The notes under the pieces were generated by a model. That model saw only the letters and a list, made by a program, of their open reading frames with translations, did not search any database and was not told the origin of the DNA. From the NCBI GenBank assembly GCA_021613535.1, contig CP075492.1, forward strand, positions 4,216,001 to 4,280,000: 64,000 bases of DNA, read 5' to 3'. Made by a program: the position numbers and the translations under genes. The first letter of the stretch is position 1; each line of letters opens with the position of its first letter. Shown piece by piece: positions 50,538-61,595 of this stretch. The DNA is from Adineta vaga (lineage: Eukaryota; Animalia; Rotifera).

Positions 50538-52496
50538 ATGACGAAAGATTATATGGTACTCTGGTTAGATACAAATCGTGTGTTTTCCAATGAGGAAAAT
50601 CAAGAATTCATCTCTCGATTACGATCCATCGTTGACACTGTCAAAGTCTATAATCAACTCGATCAATGTATTGAATTTCTCGAGAAAATTAAAGATGAAA
50701 AAGTTTTCTTGATTATGTCCGATTGTTTTGCTCGACAAATTAGTTCACTCGAAGAACAATTCAATCAATTGAATTCGATTTATGTACTTTGTAATCAAGA
50801 ATTTAAAGTTAATGAAATTGTGCAAACATATAGAAAAGGTAGAGGAATTTTTACTAAAATGGAACAACTTTGCAATGAATTAAAAAAAGATATTCGTCAA
50901 TTAATTAACGATTCAGTTTCGACAAGTATTATTCCGGCAACGGCAAATATGAATGATCTCAAAGGACTTGATCCAATATTTATGTATTCTCAATTATTAA
51001 AAGAGAATCTTTTTACAATGGAATACGATTATAAGCAAGAACTCGAACGATTTCTTGATTATCGCCGTAGGTTTTATAAAAATGATTTGATAGAAAAGAT
51101 GACAATTGAAGATCTTAAAAATAATTACCATAGAAAAACACCGATTGAATGGTATACAATGGAAAGTTTTTTATTTAGAATGCTTAATCAAGCCCTAAGA
51201 GAATTGAATATACAAACGATTATTCGAATGACATTTTATCTTCGTGATCTTCATGAACAAATTAAGCAACGACATTCCGTATCAGATCTTAGTACTTTTC
51301 CACATACTATTTATCGTGGTCAAGGCATGTTTAAGAAAGATTTTGATGAGCTGCTCAAATCAAAAGATGGTCTCTTCTGTTTCAATGTTTTTCTTTCGAC
51401 TTCATGCAGCAAAGATGTTGCTTTGAGATTTGCTCGTTATTCTCAGTGTGATAGTGCTAAAACGTCAATTTTATTTGAAATTAAGATTGATCCACCAATG
51501 GCAACATCTTTTTTTAGTGATATTCGAGAATTAAGTCAATTCTCAGAAGAACAAGAAGTTCTTTTTTCTTTGTCTCCGATTTTTCGAATTGGTGATATCA
51601 AACAAATTGAAGAACGTCTATGGCAAGTTAATCTTACTCTGACAAATGAGAAAGATCCACTACTCAAACGTCTTACTGATCATATGCGAATTGCACTTGG
51701 TCGTGGCGATGTTTGGCATAAATTAGGTCAATTGATGCTTAAGACAGGTCAATATAATGATGCTTTAGAAACATATAAAGTATTACTTGAAAATGTTGAA
51801 CCGAACGATAAAGCAGAAAATGCTTTTCTTCACAATCAACTTGGGTATATTTTAAAACAAAATGATCAATTAGAAGATGCATTTTTTCATTGTCAACAAT
51901 CGATCAAAATTTATCGAACATACATGACAGAAACTGATGCTCGTTTATCAAGTGCTTACTCAAATATTGGTGGAATCTTGAAAAAACTAGGTGATGCTAA
52001 TAGTGCATTGAAATTCTATGAACTTGTCTTAAAAATTGATCTTTCTGCAGCAAAGCCAAATCAATTAGAAATCGCTGTTGATTATAATAATATTGGTGCG
52101 GTACATGATGATCTTGGAAACTATTCCGAAGCACTCAAAAGTTATGAACAATCATTAGATATTAAACTTAGTCATCTTCCACCTCATCATCCATCAATGG
52201 CCAGTACTTATAGTAATATAGGATCAATACATCAAAAGATGGGAGATTGTTCAACTGCATTGTTATTCTATGAAAAAACACTAGGAATTCAGAGAAAATC
52301 TTTACCACCAAATCATCCATCACTCATTGTTACCTATGGAAAATTGGCAACCGTATACGAACGATTACAGCGATACGAAGAAGCCATTCAAAATGCTAAA
52401 ATAGCTGTTGATATCGCTGGTAGAGCGTATGGTGCATCACATCCAGAAGTGAGTAAAAGACAAAATTACTATGATGAACTTCTCAAAAGACTTTAA
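50538..52496 (+). CDS. ADP-ribosyltransferase (ARTC/R-S-E class) - TPR protein, intronless
   Basis: N-terminal LWLD...CIEFL...KVFLI...SIYVLC domain; ART motifs WYT...LNQALR, IYRGQ, FLSTS and EEQEVLF; about 6 kinesin-light-chain-type TPRs (PPHHPSMASTYSNIG). Confidence 0.92.
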   Translation: MTKDYMVLWLDTNRVFSNEENQEFISRLRSIVDTVKVYNQLDQCIEFLEKIKDEKVFLIMSDCFARQISSLEEQFNQLNSIYVLCNQEFKVNEIVQTYRKGRGIFTKMEQLCNELKKDIRQLINDSVSTSIIPATANMNDLKGLDPIFMYSQLLKENLFTMEYDYKQELERFLDYRRRFYKNDLIEKMTIEDLKNNYHRKTPIEWYTMESFLFRMLNQALRELNIQTIIRMTFYLRDLHEQIKQRHSVSDLSTFPHTIYRGQGMFKKDFDELLKSKDGLFCFNVFLSTSCSKDVALRFARYSQCDSAKTSILFEIKIDPPMATSFFSDIRELSQFSEEQEVLFSLSPIFRIGDIKQIEERLWQVNLTLTNEKDPLLKRLTDHMRIALGRGDVWHKLGQLMLKTGQYNDALETYKVLLENVEPNDKAENAFLHNQLGYILKQNDQLEDAFFHCQQSIKIYRTYMTETDARLSSAYSNIGGILKKLGDANSALKFYELVLKIDLSAAKPNQLEIAVDYNNIGAVHDDLGNYSEALKSYEQSLDIKLSHLPPHHPSMASTYSNIGSIHQKMGDCSTALLFYEKTLGIQRKSLPPNHPSLIVTYGKLATVYERLQRYEEAIQNAKIAVDIAGRAYGASHPEVSKRQNYYDELLKRL

Positions 52497-52998
52497 TTTG
52501 TTTTCCACATTTTTCAATATATATATACATATTTAGCTATGGTGTTCTTCTTCTTCAACACCCATTTGCTCACACCAAAAATATTTTATAAAAAGAAACA
52601 GAACAACATCTTTAAATATCACATTCATCGATTGTGAATCATGATTCTTTCTCTTCTTTGTATTTGTAATGAGTTATTGTATTTAGTATATCTATTGACT
52701 TAAATCGATTTCGATTTCGTGAATATTATATTTGATCGAAATTAGAAAAACAATATCTATTTTAGATTTAAATAATAATATTTTTCAAATTATATTGATA
52801 TCTACGTAAATGAATTAAAAAAAAGATTGGTTTAGTAGAAAAATTTAAAAGTATTAGTCTTTAATTTGAAAGAATAAGTAAAGAAAAATGATTGTTCGTT
52901 TAAAATGGTAAATGTTGGTTTTGCTTCGACTATTCTATAAATAAAAATAACAGTTGAATAATGTTGAAGATACCTAATGATTTTCAAAACATACGTGT

Positions 52999-53223
52999 CT
53001 ATTTGCCCAAGCATCCACAAATATGCATACATGATGGCCATGATCCACATCCTCCAGGACATGTGCAGCCTCGAATCTCAAGAAGTTCTTCAAGTTTTCG
53101 TAATTGAAAGTCAGGATCTTCATTACCATTCGAAAACGATATGAATGCTGTTGATGTCATAGCAATGGTAGCCATAAGTATAATCACAATAATCCAAGCA
53201 CTTGCATTGTTTTTAATAGACAT
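52999..53223 (-). CDS. Secreted cysteine-rich peptide precursor (6 Cys, probably amidated)
   Basis: Signal peptide, acidic propeptide ending in Arg, mature region GCTCPGGCGSWPSCMHICGCL and a terminal GK. Confidence 0.7.
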   Translation of the reverse strand: MSIKNNASAWIIVIILMATIAMTSTAFISFSNGNEDPDFQLRKLEELLEIRGCTCPGGCGSWPSCMHICGCLGK

Positions 53224-54033
53224 AATATATATTTTTGAAATATTAACGATGGAAAGTAATCGACGTTTATATGTTGTTTAAGAATATAAACTATGGTTTA
53301 TATAAGTTATTAAATGAAAAAGAAAATTTTCTATCAAATGTTTTTCTTTTTGCTTTTAATTCAACCGTATCGACATTTTTATACTATTATATGATAATAA
53401 GAAAATAATAGATATTTGTTTGTTTAGTCATGATTGGTAGAAAACTTAGATATTTATATATCGATATATCATGATAAAAATTTCTTTGTTTTTTTTTGTT
53501 TGTCGACAAAGAAAAAAAGTCTTTCGCGTAAAATATGCATTCCTTTCAAAAAAATCGTATACATACGAAATATTTCGATTAGCTCATTAGTTATTAATCG
53601 ATTCGATTACATTTATTTAGGACGACAAGAAGAGATAAAAATAAGAGAAGAAAAACATAGAGATATGAAAAGCTGATATTATAGTTTCTTTTTTTCTTTT
53701 CTTTCTTATTATTTGTATGATTAGCTTGTTTTCTGTACATATGTTTTTAACAGTCCTCTTGCATCTATAAAAATTTTTTCGTACTAACATATTTATCAAA
53801 ACACAATAGTAAACATTCGAATACAAAACATTAAACATGTGATGTACTGTTCTATGTTTATTGAGTAAAACACGATTATCTTCAATAATGAATAAGCGAA
53901 AGACAAAACATCTTATAACGATCATTTTGTATTTTTGAAGAAATTAAATTTATCGTTCGCAGTGAAGTTTAATAAATTCTTTTTAAAATATATTATACAA
54001 ATAAAATAGATTAAAAAAACGAAATTAATAATA

Positions 54034-54256
54034 GAATCGTGTAGGGTAATTCAGATCAATCTTGACATCTTCCCACTTTTTTCGCTAATACTTTTTTTTG
54101 GCACATGGTATCAAAGAGATTCTTTCACCAGTAGATAGAGCATGTTTAGTTCTAGTTGTGGTGAAAAAATTACCTTTCTATCATGTCTAACGGCTGAGAA
54201 CGAAACAAAATATGATCGTCGACTCGAGTTTTGATCTGAATTATCCCACACGACTC
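54034..54256. mobile_element. MITE-like element (223 bp) with 26-bp terminal inverted repeats and TA flanks
   Basis: Left end GAATCGTGTAGGGTAATTCAGATCAA versus reverse complement of the right end GAGTCGTGTGGGATAATTCAGATCAA (23/26). TA at 54032-54033 and 54257-54258. Confidence 0.65.
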
Positions 54257-54408
54257 TATAAAGTTTTGAGTATTGTTCTGAAATCCGGAAAAGTAAAAAT
54301 CAAGAAAAATTCTGTGAAGAGATTCAACAGTTTATTTGACAAAGAACTATGTACAATGAAAAAGAGAAATCATCTGATATGAAGAGAAGTGATTTAGTTC
54401 ACTTTTTA

Positions 54409-54484
54409 GGGTGGGTGTGGGTGAGGGTACGGGTGGATAAAGACACTGACTTTCACCCTTCCGCAGCCTCAACCACACCCACTC
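54409..54484. repeat. GC-rich imperfect inverted repeat with a G-quadruplex-type arm
   Basis: GGGTGGGTGTGGGTGAGGGTACGG pairs with CCGCAGCCTCAACCACACCCACTC (20/24 identical to its reverse complement). Confidence 0.6.
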
Positions 54485-54789
54485 ATCCAGAACACAATGA
54501 AATAGAATAGTACTCGGTGGACGATGATTATGGTTGAGACAGACAGCAGAAAACATTTATTGAAGAATATTGCCCTTTCTCTTTAGCTATAAAGATATTA
54601 GAGATTTTTCCGAATTTTTGTTTTCCGGATTCCAAGACATATTCAAGTTTTGCATTTCTATAATAAAGATATGAATGTGAATCAGCGACATCTTTCCTTT
54701 CTTGGATTAGCGAATGGAGTTTCACTTCCAGCCATTCAGTAAACAATTTCTAGAATTATTATTTTCATTTTCTCACCTTGAATTTGTCG

Positions 54790-55583
54790 ATGAGCACGGG
54801 AACTAGTGATCAAATCACCACAGCAATTACCATTCCGATTGAAGATCCTTTAAAAGCAAAAGTAAATCAAATGAGTGATGAAAATTTCCTATCGAATACT
54901 GCAACTGACCGAATTGATATAAAACGTGTTCGATACCCACATTGTCTTGTTTGGACACCAATTCCTGTTTTGACATGGCTTTTCCCATTTATTGGTCATA
55001 TGGGTATTGCTCGTACAGATGGTGTTATTCGAGATTTTGCTGGACCTTATTATGTTTCCGTATGTATTAATCAATTTCTGATTTCTAATAGAATAAAATC
55101 AATGAATATATTTTGATAGGAAGATAATATGGCATTTGGTTTACCAACACGATATCTTCAACTGGATTTGAATCGTATATCAATGCTAGGCAGTTCAACT
55201 AATATACGAACTGTTTGGGATAAAGCTGTCGAACAAGCATCCGATGAATATAAGAAACGAATGGTAATTATTGAACTTTTAACTTTTCTTGATATTATAT
55301 GTTTTCTTTAGCACAATTTATGTTGCGATAATTGTCATTCGCATGTAGCCATGGCTTTGAATACAATGGGCTATGATCGAAAACAGACATACAATATGGT
55401 TTCATTAACATTTTGGATGTTTTTCTGTGGAAAATTTGTCAAGTACGTAGACTTATATGTCAATCTCGCTTTTCATTCTTTCATTTTTCTAGTTTTGCTG
55501 GTTTTCTTCGTTCTTGGATTCCATTTCTTATCTTAGTCGGTATTGTTGTTACCATCACTGTCGTTACAAAATTACAAACATAA
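54790..55583 (+). CDS. TMEM222: Transmembrane protein 222 (RTE1-like family), 4 exons
   Basis: [26 protein letters not shown]...[16 protein letters not shown]...[17 protein letters not shown]. Confidence 0.93.
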
Positions 55584-55702
55584 TCTCAAAGTCGTCAAAA
55601 AGTTTATTTATGACAATCTACATTCATTATTTTTTCATTTCCTTTCGATTGAACATAATTTAAGAAATAAAATGTATGAATTATATAAATATTTTTAAGA
55701 CA

Positions 55703-56638
55703 TCAATAGAATGCACGTCGTAGACGATTCCAAAATACAGTTCTTATGTTTTTGTTCATCATAAAAATGAATGCAATTTGTACATTGGTACAAAAACTAA
55801 CTGTCAATACACATATGTGATAAAGAAATACAGGTGCTTCACCAGGTTCTACTGTATTCCATACTACGAGAACAAAACTAGGTAATCCTGCTGTACCAAG
55901 TATACCAATAAGTATGAGGACATTTCTCAGAACACGGATATCTCTAGTTGATGTTGACATTAAATTCGTGGTAGTAACATTTATACGTCGTGTATGAAGA
56001 ACAATATATCGATAGATGACAATGATAGTAAAGAAAGGAATGCCGATGGCTGTAGCCATATAAATATATAAAATTGATTGAAGAGAAAATGCTACAGTAC
56101 ACATATGCAGTTCAGATGCATATTCAAATGTATCTGAAATATTTAACATCAATATAAATTGATGAGAAGATGTTCTATACATACCTGAGAAATAAAGAAG
56201 TAATGGAAGAAGAGAACTAATACACCAACTAAGAAAAATAATGAACCAATGAACACGAAAAGTTAATAAGTATCTTTGATGATACAAAATATTGAAAAAA
56301 AATTGACTAATAGCCGTAACAAGATATGAATAACATATAGCATCTGCTGCTATACTTGTAAAATAAGATAGAATTATGCATACGTATTCATTGCTTTTAT
56401 CTCTTGGTATTAAACCAATGATTAATTGAGCGATCAGAACTATCGAATAAGTGAATATAGCACAACTAGAATTCATTGTTAATAGATTAGGAATGGTCCA
56501 AAGAGTTCGATGCAGAACAATCGTTAATGATAAAACAGTGCAGACAAATATGTTTATTATCTGCATAAGTCCGAGGAGGAAGAAACTGATATTTAGATAA
56601 ATAGGCGAAGGCTCACGGTATCCAAAACTGCTATTCAT
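55703..56638 (-). CDS. Orphan rhodopsin-like 7TM GPCR
   Basis: Seven hydrophobic segments, Cys at the top of TM3 and in ECL2, Pro in TM4/5/6. The ORF reads through a 51-nt in-frame GT-AG intron (56134-56184). Confidence 0.8.
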   Translation of the reverse strand: MNSSFGYREPSPIYLNISFFLLGLMQIINIFVCTVLSLTIVLHRTLWTIPNLLTMNSSCAIFTYSIVLIAQLIIGLIPRDKSNEYVCIILSYFTSIAADAICYSYLVTAISQFFFNILYHQRYLLTFRVHWFIIFLSWCISSLLPLLLYFSGMYRTSSHQFILMLNISDTFEYASELHMCTVAFSLQSILYIYMATAIGIPFFTIIVIYRYIVLHTRRINVTTTNLMSTSTRDIRVLRNVLILIGILGTAGLPSFVLVVWNTVEPGEAPVFLYHICVLTVSFCTNVQIAFIFMMNKNIRTVFWNRLRRAFY

Positions 56639-57742
56639 GATAATATTGTTATTTTTTGTTAAATGAAAATAAAAATGAAAAAAGAAGTTGAACTTTTAAA
56701 ATCAATGATGACAGTTTCCTTCCGTTTTTATCTCGTCAAACTGTCAACATAGACAAAAGATTTCAAAATTTAGTTATTTCATCGAATCATTTTAAATTAG
56801 AAAAAAAAAATCAATGTATTGATTTCGATTAGAAGATGAATCATAGTTTTATCAATAAAAGATAAAGAAAAGAATGTAGTATGGGCATTTTAAACAAATA
56901 ATTGTTTTGCATCATTAGTTGCTATGTTATAATCATTAAATGCAGTAGCTGGAATATATTTCCTCATATAAACATGAATGAATATGTGTGATATATAATG
57001 ATGAGATAGTCAACTAGTTGTGAAATGAAAGATGAAGTACTACACGTGTTGAAGAAGAAGATAAAAGTTCTTTTTATTTATGTACACATTTATATCGTCA
57101 ATAGAAGATTAGAACAAGACTATATATCAACCGTTAAACGCAATAGAAGAATTTTTTTGTTATATTTATATTCGAAAGTTTTTTTTTGTCGAAAAAGAAG
57201 AAGAAGAAGAAGAAGATAAATGATATTTGGATAAAACAGGTGTATGGATGATATCGACATGATACGGTTATTCTTCTTCTTTTTCAATCAATGAACAAAA
57301 TGAAAAATGATTTTTAATTTGTTGTTTTTCTTATCAACGAAATTGAAGAACGGTCAAATATACAATAAAGAGAGAATTGCTTTTGGAATGTTCGTCTATT
57401 CGTTTTTTTTGTTTGCTCTGTCATCATCATCATAGTCGTCTCTCTCTCTCTCTCCCTTCTCTCTATATATTCATTTGAAGTTAGTTTTATCGTTGTTTAA
57501 TAGAAGAGAGGCTACCTTATCTCTATCTTTCTTTTCAATGTTGGCAAGCAATGAAGAAAAAAAGCTAAAAGAGAAAGAATATAAGAGCACCTTTCGTTTT
57601 TGTTTTACTACCTTCTTCTGATTAATAATCCTCCTTTTTCTTTTTTCTCAACACAGAATCGAAAAAAGGCAAGCACATATGGCGTATACTTTTTCTTTTT
57701 ATTCGAAATTTGGACATGATTTATATGTTTTAGTTTTAATCA

Positions 57743-60323
57743 ATGGATCTCGAATCTTCCTTATCCAGTATTGATAATCAATCAAATTTAAACAATACTT
57801 CAACAAATTCCAATGACGAATCATCAAATTCACATTTATCTCCAACAAATATTATTGGAACACATCCAAATGAAATCATAACAAGTATCAATCCTGATAA
57901 CGGTTATCCTGTTCGACAAGAAAATGGTCAACGTAAAACAGGTCCACCACCTGATTGGCCAACAACTCGTCATCCACCGGGACGTGGCTGTGAAGTCTTT
58001 GTAGGTAAATTACCGCGTGATTGTTTTGAATCAGAATTATTTCCTTTATTCGAACGTTGTGGACAAATATATGAAATGCGTTTAATGATGGATTTTTCGG
58101 GTTATAATCGTGGTTATGCATTTATAACATATACAAATCGTGATGATGCCAAACGTTGTGTTAAAGAATTAAATAATTATGAAATACGTTCGAATCATTT
58201 GATTGGTGTTTGTCAATCGGTTGATAATTGTCGACTTTTTGTTGGTGGAATACCGAAAACGAAAAAACGTGAAGAAATACTCGAAGAAATGTGTAAAGTA
58301 ACGGAAGGTGTAGTTGATGTAATCGTTTATCCAAGTGCGAATGATAAGACAAAAAATCGTGGTTTTGCTTTTGTCGAATATGAAAGTCATCGATCGGCAG
58401 CAATGGCACGAAGAAAATTATTGCCCGGAAATATTCAATTATGGGGACAACAAATCGCTGTTGATTGGGCTGAACCAGAAAATCAAGTTGATGAAGATGT
58501 TATGGCAAATGTAAATTTTATTATCTTGTGTTTTGAATATTATTCATCTTAAATTTAGGTTCGAGTTTTGTATGTAAGAAATCTAATGATGAACACAACT
58601 GAAGAACAAATTAAAGAAGTTTTCGAACGATTTAAACCGAATTCAATTGAACGTGTCAAAAAATTAAAAGATTACGCTTTTGTGCATTTTAAACAACGTG
58701 ATGATGCATTACATGCAATGAATCTTATGAATGGTAAATTTAAAAAAAATATCGATTTATTCATTAAGACATATTTTGTTTATCTTAGGTTGTGAATTGG
58801 ATGGATCAATTGTTGAAGTAACATTAGCTAAACCAGTTGATAAAAATCAATATTTTCGATTCACACGTGGTGTTAGTCCATCAGGATTAACTGCGAATTT
58901 ACCAGTGAATAATTATTTATTACATAAGATTATAATTTAGTTTTTCGTTACTTTAGTTTGCAATACCAACAGGTACAATTGGTCCAGCTACTGCATTTGA
59001 TTTAACTGCATTTCCATATTTCACGATACCAACAGGAAATCATACTTCAATACCGATGACAAATGGAACAACAGTTATTCCTGTCGCTGTCAATCCTCTT
59101 CAGCAAAAGTAAATTTTACAATTTTCTCTCCAAAAGAAAAACTCAAATTGTTTCTATTATTTTAAATCAGAAATGTTCGTCGATGTGTCAATGCCACTGG
59201 TCGTCTCTCATCAAATGGTAATACTAGTCCACCATTATTAAATCGTACAACTCCAACAGGTATTCTTTCGTCATCATCTCGCCCAAGTCAACCATCACCG
59301 AATATAGTTCATCATCGTGGTGCTTATTATACAATTCTTCGTCCAACATCCCGTCGTACTGATGTAGGTTTTCATTTATTTATTTATTTATCTATTCTTA
59401 TTAATTAGAATACATATTGCATGTATTTTCATTTTTTGTTTGTCTTTTATCTGATTGAATTGCTTCGCATGGCTTAATTGATAATTGTTATTTTTTGTTT
59501 ATAATTTTCCTCTTAGGAAAAATGTCTTGAAGATCTTTATAAAGAGACGGATGCTGCGCTGTACAGCTCATCTGCTAATACTGTCGCTCCATCGATAATG
59601 ATGATCGATCCCAATCCGCCTCAGTTTATTTTACCAGACCAACAAGCTCATTTGCCGCAGACGGACGAGGTAATTTGCTTACGAGAGTTTAACTTTAACA
59701 TTAAAAATTCTTTTCAGTATCTTAAAATAGCTGCTTGAGGCGTAAGACATGATTTCATTCTTCCCAATCTTCTACTTCTCTATCGTTAGATTATAAACAG
59801 AAAAAAACAACAATATAGATTTTTTTAAAACTTATTTTAATTGTTCTGCATGTTAATTTTGCTCGAAATTGAGTTCAGCTGCACATTATCCTATTCGATA
59901 TAAATAATTCATACTTTTTTTTTATTGTATTTCTATTGATTTCTTTTCTTTTGTATTCGATTGTTTGATGAGTTATCCTTTTAATAGATTCCATTCGCTC
60001 CAACAGCATTTGGTTTTCCACCTGGTACACCTTTATTTCAACCAACAGCAATCTTTCCACATCCACTTCTTGCTGGACATCCATCAGGTGCTCAACCATA
60101 TCCACAACAATCCTTAGTATTTACAACAACAGATAATAATGGACAGACTCAACAATTTTTTCATGCTCATCCACAACCAAACTTTGCTTTTCCATTTATT
60201 TTTACACCACAATTAGCAACACAACAAACATCAGCAACAACCAATCCCGAAGCATCCGTCTTCAGTTATGCAACACCAACAGTAACAACAACTACTGCGG
60301 ATAGTAATACATATACAGCTTAA
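57743..60323 (+). CDS. Triple-RRM RNA-binding protein of the RBM47/RBM46/A1CF (hnRNP R/Q) family, multi-exon
   Basis: QENGQRK.GPPPDW...[52 protein letters not shown]...[15 protein letters not shown]. Alternative 3' exons. Confidence 0.93.
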
Positions 60324-61595
60324 AAAGAGAAAATAATGAACTCTATATGCTCTTTTGTGTTTGATAAGAACGAGAGAGAGTGAAGAGAGTAAGAAGAGCC
60401 TATTATGAATATTTGTATGTTTCAGCTATTATTTATACTCGTTGTTTTTTTCTGGTCTCTTTTCTTCTCTTTAAATATTGTTTGTTTGTCTTTTTACTTG
60501 AATTCATGTATGAGCCGTGGATTTTCTTTATCATAGGAAAAATGTATTCAACAAAACTATCGTTTGTTCTTTTTCTTTTTCTTTCTGTTTAAAAGAAATA
60601 TATCAATGGAAATATAAAGATGTTGTTTATCGATGATATAACTTATTGAAGCGAACTAAGTTTGATCGTTCGTTTAAAATCTCTGATCTAATTAATTATC
60701 TTGTATTTATATTAAAAGCAAAGGTCAATTGAATAACTAATGACATGATAACACCTTAATTAACATATTTATAAATAGAATACATTTATCTTCGATAATA
60801 ATTATGAAAGAAGTTTATTAAAACTTCGAGAAGAAATCGAAAGACATTATTCATCTGCTATGTCGAATAGAGAAAGATTAATAAATGTCACCAGAGATAT
60901 ATCTCTTCTATGGCTACTTACAGAAATAACGGCAAAGAAGAAGCAAACTGACATTGTATAGATTATATATACTCAATCTACACGACAAATGTCAACAGAT
61001 GACGAAGAAGAAGAAAACGGGAAGAGAAAGATGATTCAGCTAATTTTTTTATTGTTATCATAATATACAAAAGAAAATTCACTCAATTGTTTTTCTACAA
61101 ATCAGACTATTAACCGAAAAAAAGATACAAAAAATAAAAGAAAATTTCCCTTTTTTTGCTTCTTCTTCTTCTTCTTCTTCTTTACTCTGCCTAATAACAT
61201 CAATCTGATACAGCAAGCGTCATTATTGATGTCAGCATAATCACAATGATAATAATAATATCTATCGCTATTTGCGAATCATAGTAATCGCACCAAGGTT
61301 TTTCTTTTCTATTCTTATTTTTCTATTTTGTACATGTAGTTCGATACCGTCTTGTGTTCCTATACTTACATGCGTATAAAGAAGCGAAAGAAGACGACGA
61401 AGATATTTCTTGTCTTTCTGTATGCATGTTAGTCAAGAAGAAAGAATTGCCGAGCATTTTCTCTTCTCTAAATGCATCTTGTTTTTTTTGGCTCTATTCC
61501 TAGCAATGAGAAAAGCAGATAGGATATTCTAAGTAGAGACACAGACTAACATAATAACAACTGATGAGAATTGTCGTTGTTAGTTTAAATAAGAG

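Noticed and set aside
38057-52496. Bacterial contamination or a prokaryotic defence operon (Thoeris-like)
   Set aside because: The genes contain spliceosomal introns and poly(A) signals, share host base composition, and are contiguous with metazoan genes.
52832-53925. Short F/I/K-rich ORFs in intergenic DNA (also 313-750, 9007-9207, 12855-13402, 43016-43228, 57025-57219, 60380-60592)
   Set aside because: Composition reflects AT-rich non-coding sequence, and there are no recognisable domains. The peptide gene at 52999-53223 is excepted.
54528-54746. Possible transposase remnant next to the G-rich hairpin
   Set aside because: No catalytic motif is recognisable by eye, so it cannot be supported without a search.
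7540-58409. Many overlapping or antisense ORFs in the track (e.g. 7540-7854, 11395-11637, 26685-26930, 30125-30427, 38203-38793, 57888-58409)
   Set aside because: They are shadow frames of real genes with no motifs or splice support.
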